This document shows positions 20,199-31,921 of a stretch of 64,000 bases of DNA, in pieces; position 1 is the stretch's first letter, and the number at the start of each line of letters is the position of its first letter. This DNA is from an uncultured Solirubrobacterales bacterium. GTDB lineage: Bacteria; Actinomycetota; Thermoleophilia; Solirubrobacterales; 70-9. The stretch covers positions 8,005-72,004 of the forward strand of contig CAVSMS010000003.1 of NCBI GenBank assembly GCA_963729065.1, written 5' to 3'. The notes under the pieces were generated by a model. The model saw only the letters and a list, made by a program, of their open reading frames with translations, was not told the DNA's origin and did no database searches. The translations under genes were made by a program, and so were the position numbers.

Positions 20199-21392
20199 TC
20201 AGGGTCCGGACGCGGCCGGCGCCGGGTCGGGCAGCGCCGCGAGCGTGGCCCTGAGCGACAGCGCGACGAAAACGGTGGCGAGCGCGCAGCCGGCGGCGAC
20301 CAGGAACGCGGCCTCGTAGCCGCCCAGGGCCGCCGCCGCTCCGGCGATCGGGCTGCCGACGCCGACCCCGAGGTCGAAGAAGGCGGTGAAGGTGCCCATC
20401 GCCGTCCCGCGCCGCTCCTCGGGGACCCGGTTGATGACCACGAGCGCCAGCGACGGGAACATGAGCGAGAAGCCGGCGCCCATCGCGACCGCGCCGACGA
20501 TCGCCTCGGCGAGCGAGTGGGTGAAGGCGAGCAGGAGCAGGCCGCCGGCCTCCAGCAGGGCGGCCCCGATCGCGCACGGGATCGAGCCGAAGCGGTCCGG
20601 GAGCCAGCCGCCGAGCACGCGCATCGCGACGACGCTGACGGCGAAGGCGGTGAACACGCCGGCGCCGTGGCCGACCTGGCGCTCGTCGAGGTGCAGGACG
20701 ATGAACGCGGCGACGGTCGCGTAGCCGACGATCGCCAGCGCGAGCCCCACGCCGGGTCGCAGCGCCTCGCGCGCGATCCAGCGCCGGTCGGCGTGCTCGC
20801 CAAGCGGCCGCGGCTCGTAGCGCTCCGGGATCCGGGTCGCGATCAGCGCGCCGAGCAGCGGCGCGCCGGCGGCGAAGGCCCAGACGCCCTCGAAGCTCGT
20901 CGCGTGCAGGATCAGCTCGCCGATCGGTGGCCCTAGGGAGAGCCCGCCCCAGATCGCGAGCCCGTAGAGGCCGATGATCCGCCCGCGGCGGTCGGGTGGC
21001 GCGAGGTCGACGACCCAGGCGGAGCCGGCGGTGTAGACCATGCCCTCGCCCGCGCCGAGGAAGAGCCGGGCGACGATCAGGCCGCCGATCCCGGCGGGCA
21101 CGAAGTACAGAATTCCGGCGATCGCCGTCGAGATCGACCCCGCGATCACAACGAGCCGCCGCCCTCTGCGGTCGGCGAGGTTGCCGGCAAGCGGCCGGCA
21201 GGCGAGCCCGGTGATCGCGAACGAGCCCGTGACCACGCCGACCGCGAGGTCACCGGAGTCGAGCGGGCCGCGCACGTAGCGCGGCAGCACCGGCAGCGTC
21301 GCGCCGACCGAGATCAGGCCGAGCATCGTGACCACGAAGACCCCGGCGAACGCGGCTCGCGCCGGCGTCAGGCGTCGGACCGGCGCTGCCAT
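20199..21392 (-). CDS. MFS transporter
   Basis: 397-aa intact ORF with 12 predicted TM helices. MFS motif A-like GNLADRRGRRLV and PDRFG. Confidence 0.85.
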   Translation of the reverse strand: MAAPVRRLTPARAAFAGVFVVTMLGLISVGATLPVLPRYVRGPLDSGDLAVGVVTGSFAITGLACRPLAGNLADRRGRRLVVIAGSISTAIAGILYFVPAGIGGLIVARLFLGAGEGMVYTAGSAWVVDLAPPDRRGRIIGLYGLAIWGGLSLGPPIGELILHATSFEGVWAFAAGAPLLGALIATRIPERYEPRPLGEHADRRWIAREALRPGVGLALAIVGYATVAAFIVLHLDERQVGHGAGVFTAFAVSVVAMRVLGGWLPDRFGSIPCAIGAALLEAGGLLLLAFTHSLAEAIVGAVAMGAGFSLMFPSLALVVINRVPEERRGTAMGTFTAFFDLGVGVGSPIAGAAAALGGYEAAFLVAAGCALATVFVALSLRATLAALPDPAPAASGP

Positions 21393-21461
21393 GCCGCAAC
21401 TAAAGCAAGTGCACGGTCAGGGGTTTGGCCAGCGTCCCAGGTGGAAATAGGACGGACGAAG

Positions 21462-21486
21462 CCTCGGGAGTGGGGGGCTCCCGAGG
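21462..21486 (+). promoter_or_regulatory. hairpin in the leader of the DUF485-actP-acs genes
   Basis: CCTCGGGAG-TGGGGGG-CTCCCGAGG (9-bp stem, 7-nt loop), 28 nt upstream of the 21514 start. Confidence 0.3.
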
Positions 21487-21513
21487 GTGAGAGCCTCGAA
21501 TAGGGAGTGAGAG

Positions 21514-21915
21514 ATGGCTGAACAGGCCGCAACGGGCTCGTCACACCATCCCGAAATCGATTGGGATGCAGCGGCGAGGTCGCCCGAGTTCCAGGAGTTG
21601 GTGCGCAAGCGTCGTTCGTTCGTGGTGCCGGTGCTGGCGTTCGTATTCGTCTGGTACTTCGGGTTCATCGCGCTCGCGGGTTACGCGCCGGACTTCATGG
21701 GCGAGCGCCTCATCGACGGGTTCACCGTCGGCTACGCGCTGGCGCTGACCCAGTTCGTGATGACCTGGGTGCTCGGCTGGCTGTACCTCCGCCAGTCCGA
21801 CCGGGTCTTCGACCCGCTCGCGAAGCGCGCGGCCAAACGGGCGCTCGAGCACCGCGACGCCGGGCCCGGAGTCGCGGGCACGGCGGTGACGGCCACCCGG
21901 GCGGTGAGCCGCTGA
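21514..21915 (+). CDS. DUF485 (YjcH-like) membrane protein
   Basis: Pattern PEFQELVRKRRSFVVPVLAFVFVWYFGFIALAGYAPDFM plus a second TM helix. It directly precedes actP, as yjcH does in E. coli. Confidence 0.85.
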   Translation: MAEQAATGSSHHPEIDWDAAARSPEFQELVRKRRSFVVPVLAFVFVWYFGFIALAGYAPDFMGERLIDGFTVGYALALTQFVMTWVLGWLYLRQSDRVFDPLAKRAAKRALEHRDAGPGVAGTAVTATRAVSR

Positions 21916-23580
21916 TGCTGCCCGCTCGCAGAGGTAAACGTCGAGGCGGTCTCGATCTTCGCGCTCGTTGTCGCGATCACCCTCGGGATCACCTTCTGGG
22001 CGTCGAAGCGGACCAAGGACGCGACGACGTTCTGGGCCGCGGGACGCGGGATCACCGGAGTGCAGAACGGGTTCGCGATCGCCGGGGACTACATGTCCGC
22101 GGCGTCGTTCCTGGGAATCGCCGGGCTGATCTTCGTGTTCGGCTTCGACGGGTTCCTGTACTCGGTCGGCTTCCTGGTCGCCTTCCTGATCGTCCTGTAC
22201 CTGCTCGCGGAGCGGATGCGGAACTCGGGCAAGTTCACGATCGCCGACGTGCTCTCGTTCCGGCTGAACGAGCGGCCGGCGCGAGTGGCGGCGGCCCTCG
22301 GGACGCTCACCGTCGTGGCCTTCTACCTGATCGCGCAGATGGTGGGGGCGGGGATCTTGATCCAGGCCTTGGTCGGGATCAACTTCAACCTCGCCGTCCT
22401 GCTCACCGGCGTGTTCATGCTCACCTACGTGATCTTCGGCGGCATGCTGGCGACCACGTGGGTGCAGATCATCAAGGCCGTGCTGCTGATGACGGCGACG
22501 ATCATCCTGTCGCTGTTCGTGCTCGGCAAGATCGGCTGGAATCCGATCGACATCTTCGACCGCGCCGAGGCGCAGTCGGACGACGGCGCCGCGTACCTGG
22601 CGCCCGGCCTGCGGTTCACCGAGCCGGTCGACACGATCTCACTCGGCCTCGGGCTGCTGCTCGGGACGGCGGGGCTCCCGCACATCCTGATGCGGTTCTT
22701 CACCGTTCCCGACGCCAAGGCCGCCCGCTCGTCGGTCGTCTGGGCGGTGGGCCTGATCGGGGCCTTCTACGTGATGACCACGTTCCTCGGCTTCGGCGCC
22801 CGGGCGATCCTCGGCGAGGCCGGGACGACCGGTGGCGTCGACGAGGCCGGCAACCTGGCGGCCCCGCTGCTCGCGCAGGAGGTCGGCGGCGGCGCCGGGA
22901 GCATCGGCGGCGACGCGTTCCTGGCGATCATCGCGGCGGTGGCGTTCGCCACCATCCTCGCCGTGGTCGCGGGGCTGGTGATCTCGGCCTCGGGAGCGGT
23001 CGCGCACGACGTCTGGTCGAACGTGATCCGCAAGGGCCGCGACTCCGAGCACGAGGAGGTCTACGTGGCGCGGATCGCGGCGGCCGGGATCGGCGCGATC
23101 GGGATCGCGATCGCGATCATCGGCGGCTCGGACCTGAACGTCTCGTACATGGTCGGGCTCGCGTTCGCGGTCGCCGCGAGCGCCAACTTCCCGGCCCTGT
23201 TGCTGGCGTTGACGTGGAAACGGTTCAACACCACCGGGGCGATATCCGGGGTGGTGACCGGCGTGATCGCGTCGGTCGGGCTGGTGCTCGTCGGTCCCGA
23301 CGTGAGCAGCAACCCGCTCGAGATCATCCCGGGCGTGGAGCTGTCCCAGCCGGCCATCCTGTCGGTGCCGCTCGGGTTCCTCGCCTGCTATCTCGGCACG
23401 GTCCTCTCCCGGGAGGAGCGCAAGGCCGAGCGCGGGTTCGACGAGCTGCACGTGCGCTCCGAGACCGGCCTCGGCGCCGAGGTGCCGATCGAGGGCGCCG
23501 GCCTGCGCTCGCGGCCACCGAGCCGGCCGCCGCAGGCGCCGGAGCGCGAGCCCGCGACGACGGGCGCGCGCGGTTCGTAG
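21915..23580 (+). CDS. actP: cation/acetate symporter ActP (SSS family), frameshift in codons 3-5
   Basis: ORF 22060..23580 and the upstream same-frame stretch from about 21937 (NVEAVSIFALVVAITLGITFWASKRTKDATTFWAAGRGITGVQNGFAIAGDYMSAASFLG) form ActP. The only start is the ATG at 21915 in another frame. Removing one C from CCC at 21921-21923 restores MLPLAEVNVEAV. Confidence 0.85.
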
Positions 23581-23648
23581 GAGACTCCGGGTGGTCGCGG
23601 GCACGCGGCCCGCGGCCACCCGCGGTCCACACTCGACAAGGAGGACAG

Positions 23649-25652
<2,004 letters not shown>

Positions 25653-25654
25653 AC

Positions 25655-26947
25655 CTAGGCGGGCGCGGGCGCGGCCTCGGCCTGCGCCCCGGCGTCGGGT
25701 TCGGTCCCGGGCGTGCCGATGATCGTGTCCGCCGGGTCGTTCTGGCGGCGCGAGAGCCAGATGAACGGGATCGCCAGGGCGGCGATCGCGGCGCTGAGCA
25801 GGTAGGAGGGCGCGTAGCCCCAGGCGTCGGCGGAGCGGCCCAGCACCGGCTGCGCCCAGACGCCGCCGGTCGAGCTCATGAGCGAGTCGAAGGAGAGGAT
25901 CGTCGCCCGCTGCTTCGAGGGGATCATGGAGTTGATGTAGGCCTGTCGGATGGGCATCTCGGCGGCGAACAGCAGGCCCCAGACGACGATCAGAGCAACT
26001 ACTGCGGCGAAGGCGGAGATCACCCCGATCAGGGCCAGCGCGATCACGCCGAGGGTCGACATCGCGATCAGCGCCGACGTTCGCCGGTGAAAGAGCCTGC
26101 GGATCCGCGGGGCGGCGATCCCGCCGAGGATCTGGGCACCGGCGACGATCGCGGCGACCAGGCCGGCGATCGAATAGGCGGTCGGGTCGCCGTAGAGCTC
26201 GAGCAGGTACGGCTGCAGGGCGTAGAAGGCGTAGATCCCGACGCCGCCGCTGAACAGTGAGCTCACCATCAGCCACTTGACCGGCGGCACGCGCCAGCCG
26301 TACTCGATCGAGTCGGAGGTGATCTTGCGCATCTCCGCCAGCGGCCGCTCTCCCTTCTGGGGGGTGAAGCCGACGTCGCGCATGAGCCGGAAGGCGACCA
26401 CGAACATGACCATCAGGACGCCCGCCCGGACCAGGAAGGGCACGCCGAGGCTGGTCGCCTGGGCGATCAGGCCGCCGGCGACCGAGCCGGTCAGCATCGC
26501 GATCCCGGAGACGATCTGGCCCTTGCCGAACACCGACTCGAGGTCGCCGGTGAACCCGGTGGCCTTGAGCGCGTCGACGAGCCACGCCTCGACCGCCCCG
26601 GAGAAGAAGGTGAAGCCGAGCCCGAGCACCATCGAGGCCAATGCCCACTCCCAGAAGGGCGCCTCGACCTGCCACAGGGCGACGTAGAGGACGGTCGAGA
26701 CGGTGAGCGTGACCGTGCCGAGCAGATAGGAGACCCGGCGGCCGACGGTGTCGGCCACGATCCCGGTCGGGACCTCGAAGAGCACCATGCCGGCGGTGAA
26801 GAAGGCGTTGGCCGCGAACGCCTCGGCGTTCGAGAGGCCGGCGTCGAGCAGGAAGATCGTGTTGATCCCCCAGATGAACGACGCCGCCAGGGTGTTGCCC
26901 AGCATCAGGATCAGGTACGTCCGGACGATCGAACGCGACGTCGGCAT
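25655..26947 (-). CDS. MFS transporter
   Basis: 430-aa intact ORF with 12 TM helices. MFS motif GIVADTVGRRVSYLLG. Confidence 0.85.
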   Translation of the reverse strand: MPTSRSIVRTYLILMLGNTLAASFIWGINTIFLLDAGLSNAEAFAANAFFTAGMVLFEVPTGIVADTVGRRVSYLLGTVTLTVSTVLYVALWQVEAPFWEWALASMVLGLGFTFFSGAVEAWLVDALKATGFTGDLESVFGKGQIVSGIAMLTGSVAGGLIAQATSLGVPFLVRAGVLMVMFVVAFRLMRDVGFTPQKGERPLAEMRKITSDSIEYGWRVPPVKWLMVSSLFSGGVGIYAFYALQPYLLELYGDPTAYSIAGLVAAIVAGAQILGGIAAPRIRRLFHRRTSALIAMSTLGVIALALIGVISAFAAVVALIVVWGLLFAAEMPIRQAYINSMIPSKQRATILSFDSLMSSTGGVWAQPVLGRSADAWGYAPSYLLSAAIAALAIPFIWLSRRQNDPADTIIGTPGTEPDAGAQAEAAPAPA

Positions 26948-26980
26948 CCGCCGATCAATGTACGAGGTGGGGTGCGCGCC

Positions 26981-28438
26981 TCAGCCGGCGCGCAGCTCGG
27001 CGCGCTTGATCTTCCCGCTCGCGGTCTTCGGCAGCTCGTCGACGAACTCGACGATCCGCGGGTACTTGTACGGGGCGGTGGTTGCCTTCACGTGCTCCTG
27101 GAGTTCGCGCGCGAGCTCGTCGGAGGGGTCGCCCTGCCGCAGGACGACCAGCGCCCGGACGACCGAGCCGCGCTCGGCGTCGGGGGCGCCGACGGCGGCC
27201 GCCTCGGCAACCGCCGGATGGGTGAGCAGCGCCGACTCGACCTCGAAGGGGCCGATCCGGTAGCCGGCGGACATGATCAGGTCGTCGCGGCGGCCCTCGT
27301 ACCAGAGGTGGCCGTCGGCGTCCTCGCTGACCACGTCGCCCGTCGACCACCACTCGCCCGCGAACGGCTCATCGTCGAGGTAGCGGCTGAAGAAGGTCGG
27401 ACAGCTCGCGACCCTCACCTCGAGGGTGCCGTCGACGATGCGCAGCTCGACGCCCGGGAGGGCCTTGCCCATCGAGCCGTCGCGGACCGCGTCGCCGACC
27501 AGGTTGCCCGCCAGGTGCCCGGTCTCGGTCTGGCCGTAGCCGTCGCAGATCTCGAGCCCGACGGCGCGGCGCCAGGATTCGATCACCTCGGGGTTCAGCG
27601 GCTCGCCGGCCGAGACCAGGCGGCGCACCGAGGGCAGCGGCCGCAGCTCCGTGCGCTTGCTGAGCACCCGGTACTCGGTGGGCGCCTGGCAGACGACGTT
27701 CACGCCCTCGCTCTCGATCAGGTCCAGCCGCTCGGGGGCCTCGAAGCGCCCGTCGACGAGCATCGCCGCGGCGCCGCAGAGCCATGGGGCGAGGAAGACG
27801 TTGCGGGCCGACTTCGACCATCCGGGGGCGGTCGTGCACCAGACGAGCTCGTCGCGGCGTGCGCCCAGCCAGCTCTCGGCCTGGGTCCGCTGCCCGGGCA
27901 GGTAACTCTGCGAGTGCAGCGCGGCTCGTGGCTCGCCGGTGGTCCCCGAGGTGAACACGATCAGCGCCGGGTCGTCGGGGTCGAGCGCGGCGATCTCGGC
28001 CGGGACCTCCTGCGGCCGGTCCTCATCGAGAGCCTCGCCGACCTCGGTCATCGTCATGTACGCGACGCCGTCCGGGAGCTCGCCGAGCAGGTCCTCGTCG
28101 CCGACGCACAGGGTCGGGTTGGCCACCGCGATTCGCAGGGCGAGATCGTGGCGGCGCAGCTGCGTGTTGCAAGGCAGGGCGATCGCGCCCATCCGCCAGC
28201 AGGCGAGCAGGCTCAGCACCCACTCGACCCGGTTGCCGACCAGGGTCATGACCACGTCGCCGCGGCCGACGCCGCGGGCGGCGAAGGCGCCCGAGAGGCC
28301 GGCCGACATCGCGATCAGCTCGCCGAAGTGCCACACGCGACGCTCGCCGTCGCGCGAGATCTCCAGCAGCGCCGGCTTCGACGCGGGGAAACGCTCGAGC
28401 AGGTCCTCGATCAGGTTCACGGCGCCGCAGTCTGCCAA
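26981..28438 (-). CDS. AMP-dependent acyl-CoA synthetase/ligase (medium-chain type)
   Basis: AMP-binding motif FTSGTTGEPRA, plus YGQTE, GDV...DGHLWYEGRRDDLI, and a C-terminal PKTASGKIKR. TTG start at 28438. Confidence 0.9.
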   Translation of the reverse strand: MADCGAVNLIEDLLERFPASKPALLEISRDGERRVWHFGELIAMSAGLSGAFAARGVGRGDVVMTLVGNRVEWVLSLLACWRMGAIALPCNTQLRRHDLALRIAVANPTLCVGDEDLLGELPDGVAYMTMTEVGEALDEDRPQEVPAEIAALDPDDPALIVFTSGTTGEPRAALHSQSYLPGQRTQAESWLGARRDELVWCTTAPGWSKSARNVFLAPWLCGAAAMLVDGRFEAPERLDLIESEGVNVVCQAPTEYRVLSKRTELRPLPSVRRLVSAGEPLNPEVIESWRRAVGLEICDGYGQTETGHLAGNLVGDAVRDGSMGKALPGVELRIVDGTLEVRVASCPTFFSRYLDDEPFAGEWWSTGDVVSEDADGHLWYEGRRDDLIMSAGYRIGPFEVESALLTHPAVAEAAAVGAPDAERGSVVRALVVLRQGDPSDELARELQEHVKATTAPYKYPRIVEFVDELPKTASGKIKRAELRAG

Positions 28439-28456
28439 CTAGGGTGCTCGGCGACC

Positions 28457-30141
28457 GTGTCCGCCGCCGGCGCATCGAGCGAGTACGCGGCCACCGCGGG
28501 GCCGACCGGGGCGCCCGTCGCCTGCGGCGCGCTTGGGTCCTACGACGCCGAGCGCGTGCGGAGGATCGCGGCCGGGCTTGGCGACGGCATGCGGCCGGTG
28601 CATGAGGACGAACGCTCGATCCTCTACTGCGACCGCGAGCCGATGGTGTGGCGCGGCGAGCACGAGCGCGGCTACGCGTGGATCGAGGGCGGCGTCTGGC
28701 GCGGAGACCCCTCGAGCTGGGAGGAGGCCTCGAGGCTCGGCGCCTGCGGCATGGCGCTTGACGGGCCGGCGAAGGCTCGTCCACACCTCGGTCTCCGGGT
28801 ACGCGCGGCTCTACTGGATCGAGGATCGCGGCGCGACCTACTTCGCCTCCAGGCTCGACCCGCTCGTTCGCGCATGGCCGCGACCGCTGTCGGTCGACTG
28901 GGACGCCTGGGCGGCGACGATCATCTTCCGCCATCCGGTCGGCGGCCGGACCCCGTTCGCGGAGATCCGTCGCCTCGGGCCCCACGTCGCACTCCGCCGC
29001 CGGCTCGGGCGCTCGCGGGTCGAGCAGCCGGCGTGGCCATGGGCGGAGATCGAGCCGCGGCTGAGCCTCGACGACGGGGCGGACGCATGGGTCGGCGCGC
29101 TGCGCGAGGTGATGGCCTCGCTCGACGGTGAGCTCCTGTGCCCGCTGAGCGGCGGGCGCGACTCGCGGATCGTGCTGTGTGGGGTTCCCTCCGGCCGAGC
29201 GGTGACCGCGATCACGGTCGACGACGACGAGGGCGGGCGCTTCGAGGAGGACCACGCTGCGCCGGTGGCGCGCGTTCTCGGGGTCGAGCACGAGGAGCTT
29301 CGCGGGCGCGCCGAGGACTATCCCCGCGACTGGGATGAGCGGGCGAGGGGCGTCGAGTACCAGTTCGTCGACCACGCGTGGCTCGTGCCGCTCGCGCAGC
29401 GGATCGCCGGCGCGCGCGCGCCGGTGCTCGACGGCGGGGCGATCGACGTCACGCTTCCAGGCCGGCGATCGCTTCTACACCGCCGCGAGCCTCGACACCA
29501 GCCGTCCCCGGGCCGCCAGCGAGGCGCTGTTCGAGACCGTGCGCCGCTTCGGCCACGCCCAGCTGGGGCTCGCGGAAGGCATTCGCGCGCCGCTGCTCGC
29601 GCGCGCCCGCGACCAGTACATGGCCGAGATGAGGCGGTTCGAGGGCCATCCCTCCCAGGGCATCCTGAGCGTCTACTGGACGCGGACCCTCCGCGGGACC
29701 TCGAGCTATCCGGCGGGGCTGCTCGGCGAGTCGGCGCGGGTGATCGTCCCGGGGGCGCGCGACGAGCTCGCCTCGGCCGTGCTCTCGATTCCGCCGGAGA
29801 CCAAGCGCGGCGGGCACCTGTACCCGGCGGTGATGGGGCGTCTGGCGCCGCAGGTCGCCCGCCTGTCAGCGACGACCGACTCGGGGCGCGCGCCGCCCCG
29901 ACTTCCGCGCCGGTGGTGCTCGGAGCCGGCCGTGGCCGCCTACCGCGAGCTGCTGACGCACGGGCCCCTCGCCGGCCAGATCGCACCGGAGCTGAGCGCC
30001 TGGCTCGAGGCGCCCTCGCCCGGGGAGCTCGATGGCCATCACCGCCTCGGGATGGAGGCCGTCGCGCTGCTTCATGCCTGGTGGCGGCGCTACCGGGACT
30101 GCCTCGGCGAGGTCGACGGCCGCGACCTGGCGCGCGGCTGA
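28457..30141 (+). pseudogene. asparagine-synthetase-like (PP-loop) protein, 2 frameshifts
   Basis: Three consecutive frames. Frame 2 runs to about 28765 (ILYCDREPMVWRGEHERGYAWIEGG). Frame 0 runs to about 29455 and contains LCPLSGGRDSRIV (SGGxDS). Frame 1 runs to 30141 (RFYTAASLD...HLYPAVMGRL). There is no N-terminal MCG nucleophile. Confidence 0.65.
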
Positions 30142-30150
30142 GCCGGCCGG

Positions 30151-31324
30151 CTATCGGGGGCGCCGGCGGCGCAGGCGCCGGACCAGGTCCCGTGCCGCGC
30201 GCAGCCGCTCCGTCGCGCGCCAGCTCAGAGTCGACTCGTAGTTGCGCCGGACCTGCTCGGTCTCCGCCCGCGCCCGCTGCGTCTCGCGGGCGTTCGCATC
30301 GACCTCATCCTGCTTGCGGACCAGCTCCCGGCCCAGGCCCTGCGACTCGACCCGGGCGCGCCACTCGAGGCGGACCAACCGCGCCATCTCCTCGTGGGGC
30401 AGGGGCTCGCGGCTCTCGCGGCGTGAGCCGCCGCAGCAGCTCGACCAGCTCCTGGGCATGGACGTTCGCGCGGTGGTTCGCGACCGCCAGGTCGCGGTTG
30501 ACGGGGCCCATCGCGGAGGAGTACGCGGCGAGGTCGGTGCGCAGCCGGGCGCCGTCGATCGTCGCCCCGGGTACGCGGCCGGCGAACCCGTCGGCCTCGA
30601 GCCGGCCGTAGGTGTCGGCGGTCACCCAGCCATCGCCGCCGTGGCGGTCGTATACGTACGCGGCCCGGCCCGACGCCATCGCCTCGAGGATCGACCGCCC
30701 GTAGCCGATCACGATCTCCACGGCGCCGAGCGCCTCGCGCGGATCGTCGGTCTGACCCGCCTCGCCGCCGAGGCGCACGAGCTCGAGCCCGGCGGCCGCG
30801 CAGGCGTCCTCGATCAGGGTCAGGCGGTCCGCGACCGGGTTGTTGCTCAGAAGCAGGGCCCGGCGGGCGGACTCGGGCAGGGGCGTGGAGGCCGTGTTGC
30901 GCTCGACGTCGATCGGCTGGCGCAGGCGCACGATCTCGGTCTCGACCGCGAGCGCCCGCAGCCGCTGGGCGACGCGGTCGTTGAGCGCCACCACCAGACC
31001 GACCTGCCCGGGGAGCTGGGGTGGCAGCTGGAGGTCGAACGTCTCGCTGTGCGCGACGAAGAGCTGCGGGAGATCGGGCAGGCGCCCGGCGAGCTCGTGC
31101 GAGGTCCCGGCGTCCTGCGCGAGCACGGCGTCGAGCTCCCCTGCCGCCTCGATCTGCTCGACGACGCCGATCCCGCGCTCGCGCGCCGCTCGCGCCCCGG
31201 CGCCCGGCTCGCGGGTGTAGATCACGGCCTCGTGCCCGAGCCGGTCGAGCTCCTCGGCGACCGTGAACAGGTACGACTCGCTGCCCCCGAGCCCGAGATG
31301 GTTGGTCGCCAGGACCAGCCTCAT
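30151..31324 (-). pseudogene. GT-B glycosyltransferase (GT4-like) with coiled-coil tail, 1 frameshift near 30415
   Basis: MRLVLATNHLGLGGSESYLFTVAEELDRLGHEAV plus EAMASGRAAYV, as in GT4. The C-terminus continues in ORF 30151..30459 (REPLPHEEMARLVRLEWRARVESQGLGRELVRKQDEVDANARETQRARAE). Confidence 0.65.
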
Positions 31325-31336
31325 CGGCGAACGGGT

Positions 31337-31798
31337 CTAGCCGCCGGTCTCGGCGCAGTCGTCAGGCAGCTGCAGCTGCGCGCTCAGCCGGCCGGTGCGC
31401 TTCGCGGCGGTCGCCTCGAGGTCGAGGCTCGCGCCGCGGCAGCTCTTGATCGCGAAGTCGAGCACCTCGAGCTGCCGTGGGCTGAGGTCGAGTCTCACCG
31501 TGGCCTCGCGGTCGCGAAGCTTCTTGGCCGTCGGCCCGAGCCGGAAGACGAAGTCCTCCGGAAAGCCGTCGACGACGAACCGTGCCTCGACCCGGACCTT
31601 CTCGCCGCCCTTGGATTCGACGCCGACCTTGATCGCCTCCTTGCGGAAGACCTTCTCCTCGGTCTGGGTCAGCAACGTGAGCTTGGGCTTCGGTTTCGGC
31701 TTCGGCGGGTCGGGCTTCGCCGCGGCGACGCCGGCGAGGCCGCCGAGGATCGCGGCGGTCGCGGCGACCGCCACGACCCGGTGTGGGGACCGTCTCAT
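31337..31798 (-). CDS. secreted hypothetical protein with (PK)n linker
   Basis: The real gene is only the last 153 codons of the 910-aa ORF. It has a signal peptide (MRRSPHRVVAVAATAAILGGLAGVAAA), then KPDPPKPKPKPK, then a beta-rich domain with 2 Cys. Confidence 0.55.
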   Translation of the reverse strand: MRRSPHRVVAVAATAAILGGLAGVAAAKPDPPKPKPKPKLTLLTQTEEKVFRKEAIKVGVESKGGEKVRVEARFVVDGFPEDFVFRLGPTAKKLRDREATVRLDLSPRQLEVLDFAIKSCRGASLDLEATAAKRTGRLSAQLQLPDDCAETGG

Positions 31799-31921
31799 TG
31801 CTCGGAATTCTTGCGGGCGAGCCGCGATCCTGCTGGCATCGTCCGGGCGGGTGCGCGAGACTGACCGTGAAATGCACGAGTTTTGGCGGTCCGAAGGCGG
31901 GCGGACGGCGATTTCGCGCTG

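Noticed and set aside
21561-23648. N-terminal 700 codons of the 1363-aa plus-strand ORF
   Set aside because: It is an out-of-frame read-through across DUF485 and actP. Only the part from the ATG at 23649 (acs) is protein-like and has an RBS.
26972-28456. N-terminal part of the 719-aa plus-strand ORF
   Set aside because: It is antisense to the AMP-dependent ligase gene. The coding signal starts only at about 28457 (the AsnB-like gene).
28457-31324. Lasso-peptide cluster idea (AsnB-like cyclase)
   Set aside because: There is no transglutaminase-like leader peptidase, no PqqD-like RRE, and no short precursor ORF next to it. The neighbours are a glycosyltransferase and an acyl-CoA ligase.
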